Positions 36,639-50,782 are shown, counted from the first letter of the whole stretch. The stretch is DNA of 63,428 nt, filler included, from Octopus bimaculoides (GCF_001194135.2; 6 parts of 6 records of this genome joined end to end with filler, not necessarily neighbours in it); one strand, 5' to 3'. Program-made: numbers and translations. Notes: generated from the sequence alone by a model not told the origin.

Positions 36639-38589
36639 NNNNNNNNNNNNNNNNNNNNNNNNNNNNNNNNNNNNNNNNNNNNNNNNNNNNNNNNNNNNNN
36701 NNNNNNNNNNNNNNNNNNNNNNNNNNNNNNNNNNNNNNNNNNNNNNNNNNNNNNNNNNNNNNNNNNNNNNNNNNNNNNNNNNNNNNNNNNNNNNNNNNNN
36801 NNNNNNNNNNNNNNNNNNNNATATTTATCTTCTTCAATATATATTTCAGTATAAAGAATTCATTAAGTCACTTAATGAATTCTTTATACTGAAATATATA
36901 TTGAAGAAGATAAATATGTTCATTTGAATATATACGTTTTTGCGTCGTAACTCCTTTATTAGTATTTATATATATATATATATATATATATAGGGGTCGA
37001 TTTATTTGATTAAAGGCGGTGCTCCAACATGGCCACAGTTAAATGACTGAAACAAGTAAAAGAGTAAAAGAGAGTAAAAGAGTATCGTATACACATACAG
37101 ACACATATATGATAGGCTTTTTTCAGTTTCCGTTATTAAATTTACTCACAAGATTTGGTCAGCCCAGTAGGACTGAATCTCAAAGCAAATGGTAAGCATT
37201 GACAGTTTTAATCCTGCAGATATGCCTGCACCTATGTCAATAAAAAGATAAAACCAACCTCTATAGGATTTGAACTTAGCATGTAAAGGAATAAAATGTA
37301 ATAATAGGAAGTATCTAAATTGATAATCTGATAGTTATGTCATTTAACCGTAATTGCTGTATATATTAATAGATCGACGTGGTGATTGATGTATGCAAAC
37401 ACATATTGATGTGTATTGTAGATGGAATATTGATTTTCTTGCATAAGAAATTACCTGTCATAAAACTGCAGATGAGAAGTTGTTACTGGAATAACCCTGT
37501 CTATGCTTGATAAATATTTATTGACTGTGGAGAAGTAAATTGCTGAGTCATTTCAAGTAAAATTTCGTCACCAAATTCAGAGAAATTGGGGGAGCCAAGT
37601 GTGATTTTTGTCACATCACTGTTTTGTATGGTTAAATTCTAAACAACCCCTCCCTTTTCCTGTCTGTATATTTATCTGTTTAAGTCTTTGTCTGTGTGTC
37701 TCTCTTATCTCTCTTATATATAGATATATATATATAATATAATTTAAGAACAAATATTGAATTCAGGTTAACGAACTTTATATATCCACGCTTCTACATT
37801 TCATTACATGGCTTTTCAAATGTAGAAAAACCAGTTAAAAATCATATATAAAAAAAAATATATAAAATACACTGGACCTGCCCAGAAAATGTTTATAAAA
37901 ATTGATTAAAAATTATCTAAAAAAGATTATTACAGTAAGTTAATTGACTAAAACTTTAAAGAGAAAAGTATATAAAATAAAATTATACCCAACTATGAAA
38001 ATTATATATAAAATATAAAAGTCAATATAGTCGTAGTCCATGATAATTGCTGGAGCATGATATGAATCCAATCAGTTAACTAATCCACATCTTTGTGAAT
38101 TATTCCTAAAAGTATTTTAACATCCAACATCTATGGCCATTTCAGGAGTTCATTGCTGTTGCCTCTATGCATGCTATACATATCTCAGGCAATGAACCCC
38201 TCATCAGGATGAACAGAGTTTCAAAGGGCTACACATTTTAAACTTTAAAAAATGAAGTGGAACCAAGGATTGGGTAATTTTATAAGATTGTGAAAGAAGA
38301 GTGAAGATGTGGAAGGGAGAAAATATAGCGAGCAGACACAATAGAGGGGTGGGGTGTTAGGAGGATATGTTGTGGGGAGTGGATTCAGCATGGATGTGTT
38401 GTGTACAGGTAGATTCATGAGGGTGGAGAGGATGTGTGGGTGATAGAGAAGAGAGGAATACAATCAATTCAGATAAGGGGATGAGGGAAATTTTAGAAAA
38501 ATGGATTGTTGGGAAGAGGTATGTCAGGGACAGATTGTGTGCAGGGGAATGGACACAAATAACATGCCTTTAGAGACTCTATTTAACTT

Positions 38590-38870
38590 AAATGAATAGA
38601 TTTTCTCAAGTGCAGCAAATCACCGATCATCTGGGTCCTTTGTCATCACTTCTGTGAGGCTCAACATCTGAAGATAATTTTTCACTACTTTGTCCCACAT
38701 CTTCTTGAGTATTTTTCTTCCACAAGTTCTCTCCACTTTAGAGACTGGCATTTCTTTATGCAGCTACCTTCATCCATACACATCACACGACCATATCAGC
38801 TGTCTTCTCTCTTGCACACTACAGCTGATGCCTCTTATACCCAATTTATGAATCTGTTTCATTTATTTAC
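38590..38870 (-). mobile_element. RTE-clade LINE 3' coding remnant
   Basis: KLGIRGISCSVQERR...GRV.CMDEGSCIKKCQ...TCGRK..KKMWDKVVKNYLQMLSLTEVMTKD, a degenerate RTE ORF C-terminus (LRWxGHVxRM...RPRKTW). Confidence 0.7.
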
Positions 38871-38978
38871 CTGAGGACAGCACGTATTTATAGTTTATGG
38901 CGATATCTTAAGGTAGTTTAGAGACATTTGGCATCTTCTTCTAGCATGTTGGTGGCCTGTATACACACTCGCTTGCCC

Positions 38979-39029
<51 letters not shown>

Positions 39030-39429
39030 CATCCAGTTAATGTTGTGGCTGAATGAGAACTAATTAGGCTAAAATAGTAATTAATCAGGCTTGCTCCACA
39101 CACTCCTTCAAACTTCTGAATTAAATCAAATTAACTTTGAAGATATCATCATCATTATCATTTTAATGTTTGTATTCCATGCTCGTTTGGGTTGGATGAT
39201 TTGACAGGATCCAATATGTCCAAGAACTTCATTGAGTTCCAGTTTCTATGGCTGGATGCTGTTGCTAATGATAACCACTTTACAGTATGGACTGGTTTTC
39301 TTTTGTGCCATCTGCACTACTGAGGTCACCATGCAGTTCGCAGAAACCCTGAAAAGGGTGTGCGATCAGCATATGCTAAGGCTTGAAAGGATTATTATGA
39401 GAGGATACTGCAGAAGGATCTGCACGGCT

Positions 39430-39850
39430 ACTCACATCTTGTAGGGTAAAAGGTGGGGAGAGAAAGAGAAAGATAAAATGATCAGTAGAGCTGCCAAGGC
39501 ATAGATAATGGCATTATGGTACCAAGATGACCTCACAAGGCACAAGCTGAGTAGGAGAGGATGGGTGAGTGGTTTGCAAGATTGTATGAGAAGATAAATG
39601 AAGTGTTGCCAAGGCAGACTGCCAAAATGGATAGGGTTGAAGAATGGATGAAACAGAAACCATGAGCTGGAGAAGGCAGAGAGAAGCAGAAAAGTGAGAG
39701 TAGTGAGCAGCAGGAGTAGTAAAGATGATAGAGTTGCTGGGAGTGAGAAAGGATAAGAGAAGCGTAAGATATAGTTGGGTAGTCTTTGGAACCTGAAGGG
39801 GAAAAGCAGGTATAATGCAGGATGGGGAAGAGTCATTGTGATAAGTGGAG
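39430..39850 (-). mobile_element. Possible ancient CR1/L2-like LINE 3' remnant
   Basis: Pyrimidine-rich minus strand with weak resemblance to CR1 C-termini; heavily decayed. Confidence 0.35.
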
Positions 39851-40005
39851 AATCTAAAACAGCACTTCCAGAATACTTCCCGAATGAGTGTTTTTGAGAA
39901 CCTCATATCACCAGAGATTCATCAGGCTCAGTGTCTTGAGGTCAGCTTTTTGTTATATTTTGGGATGATCATTTTATATTTGTTTTTTTTTTTGACAAAT
40001 AAACA

Positions 40006-40342
40006 CATCATCATCATCATCATTTAATGTCCGTCTTACATGCTAGCATGGGTAGGACAGTATTGCAAGAGCCGGCCAGGCCAAAGCCTGCACCAGACTT
40101 CTGTGACTGTTTTGGCAGGATTTTTACTACTGAATGCCCTTCCCAACACCAACCACTCAGCAGAGTGGACTTAGTGCGTGGCACAAGCACAGGTGAGGTG
40201 AGCAGTGCTTTTTATTTGGCACAAGCACAAGTGAGGTCAGTTATGGCAAGATTTTTACAGCTGGATGCCCTTCTTTACAGTGTGGACTGGGTGCTTTTAA
40301 GTGACACCTCCACTGACAGGGTCACCAAGTACTTGCAAGACA
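40006..40342 (-). mobile_element. Family C repeat ((GAT)n tail)
   Basis: catcatcatcatttaatgtccgtcttacatgctagcatggg... is the reverse of the 25120-25162 tail. Confidence 0.75.
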
Positions 40343-40527
40343 TTAAAAAAGAAAAAAACCAGACGCACTATATATTTGCTCTTCATCCGTTTATTATTGT
40401 TCTTATTTTATCTTATGTCCTTTGTCTGGAAATCTTTCATCACACACTTGTGACCTCTTCAGTGACTCTTCCATCCCATGTGTCTCTTCCTGTTTTGTTT
40501 AGTCCATTCTCTAATCTTGAAATATAG

Positions 40528-40576
<49 letters not shown>

Positions 40577-40831
40577 AAATGCATGTTTGTGTATACATGT
40601 ATACCTATGTGTCTGACCCCACAGCTGCATGGTTGCTTTGTTCACCCCCACCCCAACACAGCAGTTTGGCAGATAAGGCCAATAGAATTAGTACCAGACT
40701 CAAAAAAGTAAGAAGAACTGGGGTCAATTCACTCAACTAAAATCTTTGAAGGGGGTCTTCCTAATAGGGCCACACTCCAATGACTGAAACAAGTAAAAGA
40801 TAAAAATAAAAGCTTCAAGATAAAAGATAAA

Positions 40832-40865
<34 letters not shown>

Positions 40866-41962
40866 TGTCATATCAAAATATATATTTGTTAAAATATATG
40901 ATAAATATATTTTTTCTTTTTCTCTTCCTTATTTCATATTTATTGGAACTTCACTTTTCACAGATCACACTCATATTCTCCACTTCTGCCACTATCTAAC
41001 AGAGAGTATTTTCTTGTATTTTCTTATATTCCCTGATAAGAGCTTAAAGCATTTTCTTCATACCACATGAACTTCTTTCAATTTCCACTTTAAGCTGCAT
41101 TTTTACTTCTCAAATGCAATGTGAACACAATGTATCACCTAAAATTCTGGAGATTATCTTTCCTTGAAATCAATATTGATTTATTTGTACCCAAGAGATA
41201 TGAAAGGTATACTCTATCCCTATGGAATATTATCATTTTGACATAAAATTGAATATTGCATGACACCCTATAAAACAAATATTTATTGCATAGTTAATAT
41301 GATAGTAACTTTCTCTTGTTTCATGTGGCGACTGCACAGATGACAAGGAAGGAGTAATTAAAAGTGCACTGGAAGCATCAATGCTGCTCATCTCTTTTGG
41401 ATAGGGACAAAATTGTTGAGCTCACTTGTTGACTGCAGATGAAGGTCATCTCCTGCAGTGCAACTTGTATGTAGAATATTGTCTTCAATTAGAAACTGAG
41501 CAGATTTTGCATAAACAAAGTAAAAGAACTGCTGAAAATCAATGAAATGACATGCTTGCAAGTAAGCAACCAGGCAGGCATACATACATACATACATACA
41601 TACATACATGTTTCATTGACACAACTGTGCTTGCATTTTAACATTTTTATTAGAAATCTTTCATATTTTCATATCTTTTTCTTGTTAGCTTTGAATAATA
41701 TACTTTCTAAACAGACACTCAATGTTTCCAGATCCTCACAGCTTCAGTTTCAAGACTGAAATAGATTTCACATCTGCATTGCTTCTTATATAATGATGAA
41801 ATTGTTGTAGACTTTTCTGCTGTTATTTTAACTGTTAGGGTTTTATATCAGTAGTAAAGTATTAACTTGCTTTGTTTTCACCATTAAGATTTCATGTCAC
41901 CTATTTGCTAGTTTTCTGTTTCTTTTTCATAGTTGTTTTGTATGTGTGTGTGTGGGTGAGTA

Positions 41963-41993
<31 letters not shown>

Positions 41994-41994
41994 A

Positions 41995-42375
41995 TTCTTT
42001 TACTCGTTTCAGTCATTTGACTGTAGCCATGCTGGAGCACCACCTTTAATTGAACAAATCAACCCCAGAGCTTATTCTTTGTAAGCCTAGTGCTTATTCT
42101 ATCAGACTCTTTTGCCAAACCACTAAGTTATGGGGATGCAAACACACCAACATCAGTTGTCAAGCAATGGTGGTGGTGCAAACACAAACACACAAATACA
42201 CACACACACACACACACACACAACAAGCTTCTTTCAGATTCTGCCTACCAAATCTACTCACAAAGCTTTGGTTGACCCGAGACTATAGTAGAAGACACTT
42301 GCCCAAGGTGTCATGCTGTAGGACTGAACCTGGAACCATGTGGTTGGGAAGCAAGCTTCTTACCACACAACTACA
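41995..42375 (-). mobile_element. SINE family A, near full-length
   Basis: Same blocks as 7520-7904; a second partial copy follows at 42385-42600. Confidence 0.88.
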
Positions 42376-42591
42376 CTTCCTTTAATTCTTTCACTTGTTT
42401 CAGTCGTTTGACTGCAGCCATGCTGGAGCACTGCCTTGGAGGGTTTTAGTCAAAGAATCGACCCCAGGACTTATTTTTAAGCCTTGTACTAATTATATTG
42501 GTGTCTTTTGCTGAAACGCCAAGCTACAGGTATGAAAACACATCAGCACTGGTAGTCAAGTGGTGATAGAAGGACAAACAGAAACACAAAA

Positions 42592-42669
<78 letters not shown>

Positions 42670-44755
42670 TTACTTCTAATATAGGATGAAATTTTTTTCA
42701 AGAATTTCATCAAAGTGGCCGCCATGTTAAAAATACTTTTACAGGTGGAAATTATAAACAATTACAAATAAGGGCAAAAGAAAAAAGATTTCTGTGCCAA
42801 TATGCTGAGAAAAGACTTTAAATCATCAACCACCACATACAATATGCATCACTATGAATACACGTCATGCTGAAATCGAGGAAGGCAAGCTAACAGGATT
42901 TTTTTTAAATGCGTTATCTTTATATTGAATCAATTTCAAGATTAATCCAATGGATTTTACCCTCATCGGTAGAGAATACGATAAGAAATAAATGAAATAC
43001 TTACAAGCACCCTTGGAAAAAAGCAGAAGCAAGAGTCATGATTACACATAAGTACCCCAGTTATACCTAAATATAAAATCCCTTAGCAAGCTCCAGCACA
43101 TGTGTGATCGGTCACGAACCACAACTTAGAGTGGTTACCAGTCCCCGAAGTGAATGGTAATAAATTTATTTTTAATAATATAGGATAAGATTTTTTTAAT
43201 TGTTTATATATGTGTGTGTATATATATANNNNNNNNNNNNNNNNNNNNNNNNNNNNNNNNNNNNNNNNNNNNNNNNNNNNNNNNNNNNNNNNNNNNNNNN
43301 NNNNNNNNNNNNNNNNNNNNNNNNNNNNNNNNNNNNNNNNNNNNNNNNNNNNNNNNNNNNNNNNNNNNNNNNNNNNNNNNNNNNNNNNNNNNNNNNNNNN
43401 NNNNNNNNNNNNNNNNNNNNNNNNNNNNNNNNNNNNNNNNNNNNNNNNNNNNNNNNNNNNNNNNNNNNNNNNNNNNNNNNNNNNNNNNNNNNNNNNNNNN
43501 NNNNNNNNNNNNNNNNNNNNNNNNNNNNNNNNNNNNNNNNNNNNNNNNNNNNNNNNNNNNNNNNNNNNNNNNNNNNNNNNNNNNNNNNNNNNNNNNNNNN
43601 NNNNNNNNNNNNNNNNNNNNNNNNNNNNNNNNNNNNNNNNNNNNNNNNNNNNNNNNNNNNNNNNNNNNNNNNNNNNNNNNNNNNNNNNNNNNNNNNNNNN
43701 NNNNNNNNNNNNNNNNNNNNNNNNNNNNNNNNNNNNNNNNNNNNNNNNNNNNNNNNNNNNNNNNNNNNNNNNNNNNNNNNNNNNNNNNNNNNNNNNNNNN
43801 NNNNNNNNNNNNNNNNNNNNNNNNNNNNNNNNNNNNNNNNNNNNNNNNNNNNNNNNNNNNNNNNNNNNNNNNNNNNNNNNNNNNNNNNNNNNNNNNNNNN
43901 NNNNNNNNNNNNNNNNNNNNNNNNNNNNNNNNNNNNNNNNNNNNNNNATATATATATATGTATATATATATATGTATATATGTTAGCATGGAAAGCGGAC
44001 GTTAAACGATGATGATGATGATGATGATAATAGCAAATGACCTCCCATCCATTGGACGGTTTGTATAGAGTTAACTTGGACAGTGTTATGGAAGTTTTAA
44101 TCATCTGATGGACAGGTCATAAGGATTACAAAAATACCGATTCTTACGTTGAAACTGACAATTTTCAAAATTTTTTTTGATTACAGAACGTCCCGCCCTC
44201 TCATGTATCCATGTTTAAAATTTCAGCATGATCAGATGAACAATACTCAAGTTATAAGTGCACACAAAATGGACAGACAGAACAGGATTTATATTATATA
44301 TANNNNNNNNNNNNNNNNNNNNNNNNNNNNNNNNNNNNNNNNNNNNNNNNNNNNNNNNNNNNNNNNNNNNNNNNNNNNNNNNNNNNNNNNNNNNNNNNNN
44401 NNNNNNNNNNNNNNNNNNNNNNNNNNNNNNNNNNNNNNNNNNNNNNNNNNNNNNNNNNNNNNNNNNNNNNNNNNNNNNNNNNNNNNNNNNNNNNNNNNNN
44501 NNNNNNNNNNNNNNNNNNNNNNNNNNNNNNNNNNNNNNNNNNNNNNNNNNNNNNNNNNNNNNNNNNNNNNNNNNNNNNNNNNNNNNNNNNNNNNNNNNNN
44601 NNNNNNNNNNNNNNNNNNNNNNNNNNNNNNNNNNNNNNNNNNNNNNNNNNNNNNNNNNNNNNNNNNNNNNNNNNNNNNNNNNNNNNNNNNNNNNNNNNNN
44701 NNNNNNNNNNNNNNNNNNNNNNNNNNNNNNNNNNNNNNNNNNNNNNNNNNNNNNN

Positions 44756-44805
<50 letters not shown>

Positions 44806-44829
44806 ACAGGCGTCTTTCAGTTTCTGTCC

Positions 44830-45430
44830 CTTACCAGTTCCGTGAAGCTATAAATAAGAATTTCCCACAAAATTCAAGATACCATTCCATTATCAATTTA
44901 CACCGAATTAGAATACGGTTTTCAAACACCAAAAACCTTTCACAAATCATCTCTTCGCATAACGATAAGTTGTTAAATACAAATCCACTTAATGGAAATA
45001 ATAACATTGTTATTATTAACACTAACCTGATATAAATTCGAATCGAATTACATTCATTTCCTTAGCAGTAATTCTAAGACTAGAAACTCTGTTTATCAAT
45101 GTAAAATTACTTTCAGTTCTGATGTCTTTTTTTACATAGGTAGTTCTTCATCGCAGTCATTGAAAAGAATATCTAACCATTACTCTACATTTAGATATAT
45201 CAATAAATGCAACAATACTGGGCTTAGTAAATTAATTTGGTCTCTAAAGGAACATAATAAATAAACTGGAATAGAATATTCTATCTAGATCCTTTCCATA
45301 TGATAAAGGTAAATCTTTTTGTTCACTCTGTAACGACGAACAATATCTAATTCTGATAATTCTCTTGTAAACACGTTTAAAGATCACGTTTATCGTTGCA
45401 AACATTGGCAAAAACACACCTTTAGTTCCT
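44830..45430 (+). mobile_element. Penelope-like fragment (RT-endonuclease linker plus GIY-YIG)
   Basis: FREAINKNFPQNSRYHSIINLHRIRIRFSNTKNLSQIISSHNDKLL...NSVYQCKIT...YIGSS...RISNHYSTFR...TGLSKLIWSLK...FCSLCNDEQYLIL. Confidence 0.75.
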
Positions 45431-47169
45431 ATAAGTAATTCCTACCACTCTATAAAGTTTGACCTTTAGCTGTCTTCTTACATTTCATTTCCACTACATA
45501 TATCTATTTCCATGCTTTTGAGCTTTATTACCATTCATCTATCACACTATATTTCTCCACTCTTAATTTTCTGTAAATTTCTTTCTTTCTCCCCCTTCTC
45601 TTTCTCTAAATTGCCTTTGATGTTAAATCTATTAACAGTTTTTTAAAAAATAACTTGCCAGCATTCCCCTTCATCATATACGTGGTAATTACATTCGGTG
45701 AAAATGGCTTATTAATGTGTTTTGTTTCTCTTTTTTTCGCTGATGAGATGATTGCATTGTTTTACATCGTTTCATTCCCTCCAGAATAATATCAATGTTT
45801 TCTTTGAAACATATGTCAGAAGTATAAAGATTTGAATAACACCTGCATTTAACACCATTTCTTAATTTATCTGTTATACAAAAATATTTCACTAAACCCT
45901 GGAATTTCTCCCTTTATAAGTAGGTTGTAACATCCTTGGCACTTATGTGAATTTTTGTTACCCTGGTAACTATTCATTTATTTTTTGCGTGTTATTTGTA
46001 CACATTGAAAAAATACACACACATTTATATATATNNNNNNNNNNNNNNNNNNNNNNNNNNNNNNNNNNNNNNNNNNNNTTAATTAATTAANNNNNNNNNN
46101 NNNNNNNNNNNNNNNNNNNNNNNNNNNNNNNNNNTATACATGCTCTGTGCTATGTTTATGTTAACTCTGATTCTTATCTTTGTTACTCTGGATGACATCA
46201 TACCTCCCCCACCCCACCCCCGCCACTGCCAGTAGGATGTGGGGGTTCACCACCCACCCCACCCGTCATCCAAACCCAACACCTACCACGGAAAATAGTC
46301 ATGTCTGTGTTACCACCGAAATACATGCGTCCACCCCGTTCCCCCCGTCCTTCTCCCCACACACCCCTCTTCTACGGGGACACACACATCTCCCCCTCTC
46401 TACAACCACACACCCCCACCTGCCATCAACACCACCACCACCACCGAGATAAATACCACCAAATACCATCCACCAGCCTGTAACCATTGGCAACATCAAC
46501 TACCACCGCCACCACCATTGATGCTACAACACCACTGCAGGCTAACAACAAGAGTTGTTGCTATTACATTGCTGCCACACCCCCATCATCATCATCATCA
46601 TCACCACTTTTATTACTAACATCACCGTCACCATCTTAACCGTCACCACTACCCAAATTAATCTGCCCACGCATGGCCTGCAAAAGTTCACACACACACA
46701 CACACACACACACAAAGAAATGCATTGACACATACACAGACATCTATACATATGCGTATATAATACGCATACACACCTGCCCACGCCCTAGCCCCACCCT
46801 CGGTCCCAGGAATTTTTCAAAAGGATCACACAAGGTCAGAAGGGAATACAATTCCAGGAGAAAAGGGCCTAATAACATTATTTAGAAGGGCGCACTTCTT
46901 TTTTTGAGGTGGGGTGGAGTGTGCCCCTCAGGCCCCTCCCCTTTGGTCTGCCCCTGCACACACACACACCCCATTGCATCAAAGGGTTTCACCAGGGTCC
47001 ATATTCTGTTCCTGCAGCTGGGATTCCCTTCCTAATGCCAACCACTTTTACAGAGTGGACTGGGTGCTTTTATATGGAACCAACACCCACAAGTTTGCAA
47101 GACTAGGATATCTCGGCTGAGAGAGGGCCTACATGCATGGGCAGCCATGATTTTAATTAGACTCCCATG

Positions 47170-47420
47170 TCTTCCCGAGCCCTGCAAAATGCCAGATGCC
47201 TTGGTCCCTTGTCATCTTCACTGTGATGACCAGCATCTGAAGATCCTTTCTGACCACTACATCCCACGTCTTCCTAGGTTGACCCCTTCTACATGTTCCC
47301 TCCTCAATTAAAGATCAGCACTTCATGATGCATCTGCCCCCATCCATATGCATCATATGTCCTCACCCACGCAGTTTTCTCTCTTGAACACTACATCCAA
47401 TGCCTTGCATACCCAGTTTT
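47170..47420 (-). mobile_element. RTE-clade LINE 3' coding remnant
   Basis: KLGMQGIGCSVQERKLR..GHMMHMD...TCRRGQPRKTWDVVVRKDLQML; homologous to 38590-38870. Confidence 0.72.
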
Positions 47421-47519
47421 CCCAAGGGCCACACCATGTTCCATAGTCTGTAGGGTTTCTATGGCCTTCTTAATGCACTCCACAGACACATGGACCTTTA
47501 AAATTAAAATGGTTCTCAG

Positions 47520-47716
47520 GAAGATTCAATATGACACAGAGTGTGACAAGGCTGGTCCCCTTTGAATTACAGGTACCACTCATTTCTGCCAGCTGACTGG
47601 ACTGGAGCAACGTGAAATAAAGTGTCTTGCTCAAGGACACAACGTACTGCTGAGAGTCGAACCCGTGACCCTACGATCATGAGCCAAATGCCCTAACCAC
47701 TGAGCCACGTGCCTTC
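47520..47716 (-). mobile_element. tRNA-derived SINE family D
   Basis: Minus strand: ggcacgtggctcagtggttagggcatttggctc...ggttcgactc...ccttgagcaagacactttatttcacgttgctccagtcc; degenerate relative at about 13080-13265. Confidence 0.8.
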
Positions 47717-48329
47717 ACACCCACACACACATATATATCTGAAAATATTTGCACTGATGTGACCCAGCTCCACCGCCTCTGGTCAGATTTTATAAAACCT
47801 CTCGACTTTCCTTTGCCCCCTTCTANNNNNNNNNNNNNNNNNNNNNNNNNNNNNNNNNNNNNNNNNNNNNNNNNNNNNNNNNNNNNNNNNNNNNNNNNNN
47901 NNNNNNNNNNNNNNNNNNNNNNNNNNNNNNNNNNNNNNNNNNNNNNNNNNNNNNNNNNNNNNNNNNNNNNNNNNNNNNNNNNNNNNNNNNNNNNNNNNNN
48001 NNNNNNNNNNNNNNNNNNNNNNNNNNNNNNNNNNNNNNNNNNNNNNNNNNNNNNNNNNNNNNNNNNNNNNNNNNNNNNNNNNNNNNNNNNNNNNNNNNNN
48101 NNNNNNNNNNNNNNNNNNNNNNNNNNNNNNNNNNNNNNNNNNNNNNNNNNNNNNNNCCCACCCGACACCACCAAATAATTTGTCAGCTGTTTTATTCTTC
48201 TGCATCTAATTATTCAATTAATTATTTTTCATTTTAAAGGGTTTCTTTTTATGCCAGTTGGTGAGGGGGGGTGAGGTGAGGTGGAGGGGAAGAGGGAGCT
48301 GGGCGGTGGCGCTGGTGGTGGTGGTGGTG

Positions 48330-48400
48330 CCCCTATCAAATTGTATCCTGTCCTTTGTATTGCTTTTGGAGTCTTTCAGCCCCTGTGGCCAATAAAGGAA
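48330..48400 (+). mobile_element. Isolated 3' tail resembling the Tx1-like LINE end, followed by (ATT)n
   Basis: cagcccctgtggccaataaagga versus cagccctgtgtggccaataaaga at 34740-34762. Confidence 0.55.
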
Positions 48401-48478
48401 TTATTATTATTATTATTATTATCATTATTATTATTATTATCATTATTATTATTATTATTATCATTATTATTATTAATA

Positions 48479-48522
<44 letters not shown>

Positions 48523-48544
48523 GTTGTTGTTGTTGTTGTTGTTG

Positions 48545-48775
48545 GGTGGTGAGCTGGCTGAATCATTAGCATGCCAGCCAAAATGCTTAGTGCTATTCCA
48601 TCCGTTTCTATGTTCTGAGTTCAAATTCTGCCGAGGTCGACTCACTTTACCTTTCATCTTTTCAGGGTCGATAAATGAAGTACAAGTTACACACTGGTGG
48701 TGGATGGGGGGGAGGGTCAATATAATCAATTTGTCCCCTTCCAGAAATTTCAGGCCTTGTGTCTACAGTAGAAAG
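48545..48775 (+). mobile_element. SINE family B
   Basis: ggtgagctggctgaatcattagc...ttctgagttcaaattctgccgaggtcgact...gccttgtgtctacagtagaaagg. Confidence 0.82.
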
Positions 48776-48779
48776 GATG

Positions 48780-48838
<59 letters not shown>

Positions 48839-48865
48839 GTTCGTATTAGTGGTTATAGTTGTTAT

Positions 48866-49012
48866 TGTTTAACCCCAGGTCGCTCCTGATCCAGGCAGGA
48901 TTATGATCAAAGACGTTCCAGCGGTGACCAGCAATGTAAACAACAATAGCCACAAGCGAGGACATCTTCGATCCGAGGCCTCTCTGCATCAAGACTGACC
49001 TGGGGCTAAACA
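48866..49012. mobile_element. Short element with 16-bp terminal inverted repeats
   Basis: TGTTTAACCCCAGGTC (48866-48881) and GACCTGGGGCTAAACA (48997-49012), 15 of 16 positions complementary. Confidence 0.65.
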
Positions 49013-49469
49013 AAAACGGCAGCAACACGAGGGCACCACCTGTCACGTCACTGACCATATATGGACAAAAGAGCAGTAAACAAGGCAAAGACAAAGAAAA
49101 TGGAAGCAACATCAAGGAATCACGAAGAGAGAAGCAGACGATGGAGATCGGAATTAGTTGATGAAAGAGAAATTGGAGTGATGCAGTGAAGCCCCCTTGC
49201 TGGGTGCCTACGTCCATCAGAGGATGTAGTGGTTAATGTGAAGAGTAAATATATTTTATCCGTTTGTAGAATGGTGAAATGGTTTCAGCAATGAAAGGTT
49301 AATGGAATTAACAGATGGAATATTTTATCTCCCTGTGTGTGTGTGTGTATGTGTGTGTGTGTGTATGTGTGTGTGTGTGATGTACATACATGTGTATAGT
49401 ATGCGAGTGAGTATATATATATATATATATATATACACACAGTATGATATGTACACATATATATATATA

Positions 49470-49521
<52 letters not shown>

Positions 49522-49687
49522 CACATATATATAGATAGATATATTTATATACATATATATATATTGTACTATGTATATATAACACATACACACATACATA
49601 GATATACACATTCAAACACACACACACACATAAATGCATGCGCATGGAGCTCTCACTGCATTTTTCATGTAATATTTACATATACAA

Positions 49688-49722
<35 letters not shown>

Positions 49723-49919
49723 GATGGGCAGTTAGTCATCCAACCTGTTCCAAATGACCACCACAAAAGGGAATACCCTCCTCTGACTCCACCATCTTAT
49801 ATAAGATACATCACCTACCAGGAAACTAAAAAAAAATTTCAAACAACACTACCACCACCACCACCACCATTACTACCACCATCCCCATCTCCACAAGGAT
49901 CTATATATATATATATATA

Positions 49920-49955
<36 letters not shown>

Positions 49956-50553
49956 GTGTGTGTGTGTGAGGTTTGTTTAGAGATTGGAACGTGATTACCA
50001 AAATATGTGAGGTATTTTCGAGGTGGAACTATTTGGGTCGTGGGAATCCCTTGATCTTTGGTTAATCTTGAGAGGGTCTTCCACTGTAAATTGAACCATC
50101 AAACGGCCAATTACAAGTGGAATAGCATTTAGAAGCCAACTAGNNNNNNNNNNNNNNNNNNNNNNNNNNNNNNNNNNNNNNNNNNNNNNNNNNNNNNNNN
50201 NNNNNNNNNNNNNNNNNNNNNNNNNNNNNNNNNNNNNNNNNNNNNNNNNNNNNNNNNNNNNNNNNNNNNNNNNNNNNNNNNNNNNNNNNNNNNNNNNNNN
50301 NNNNNNNNNNNNNNNNNNNNNNNNNNNNNNNNNNNNNNNNNNNNNNNNNNNNNNNNNNNNNNNNNNNNNNNNNNNNNNNNNNNNNNNNNNNNNNNNNNNN
50401 NNNNNNNNNNNNNNNNNNNNNNNNNNNNNNNNNNNNNNNNNNNNNNNNNNNNNNNNNNNNNNNNNNNNNNNNNNNNNNNNNNNNNNNNNNNNNNNNNNNN
50501 NNNNNNNNNNNNNNNNNNNNNNNNNNNNNNNNNNNNNNNNNNNTATATATATC

Positions 50554-50585
<32 letters not shown>

Positions 50586-50629
50586 TATATATATATATAT
50601 ACACATACACACATATATATACACATGTA

Positions 50630-50782
50630 TTTCAGTTTTTGTCTGCCAAATTCACTCATAAGGCTTTGGTCGAGCCCTGGGCTATAGTAGAAGATACCTA
50701 CCCAAGGTGCCATGCAGTGGGACTGAACCCGGAACCATGCGGTTGGGAAGCCAGCTTCTTACCGCAGAGCCACGCCTGTACC
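50630..50782 (-). mobile_element. SINE family A, 5' half
   Basis: aaggctttggtcgagccctgggctatagtagaagatacctacccaaggtgccatgcagtgggactgaacccggaaccatg. Confidence 0.82.

Noticed and set aside
41340-41560. Exon-like unique segment
   Set aside because: Stops in plausible frames on both strands and no recognisable homology.
43196-44853. ORFs of 170-300 aa
   Set aside because: Consist of X runs across N gaps; same for those at 1.6, 31, 47.8, 50.1, 60 and 62.3 kb.
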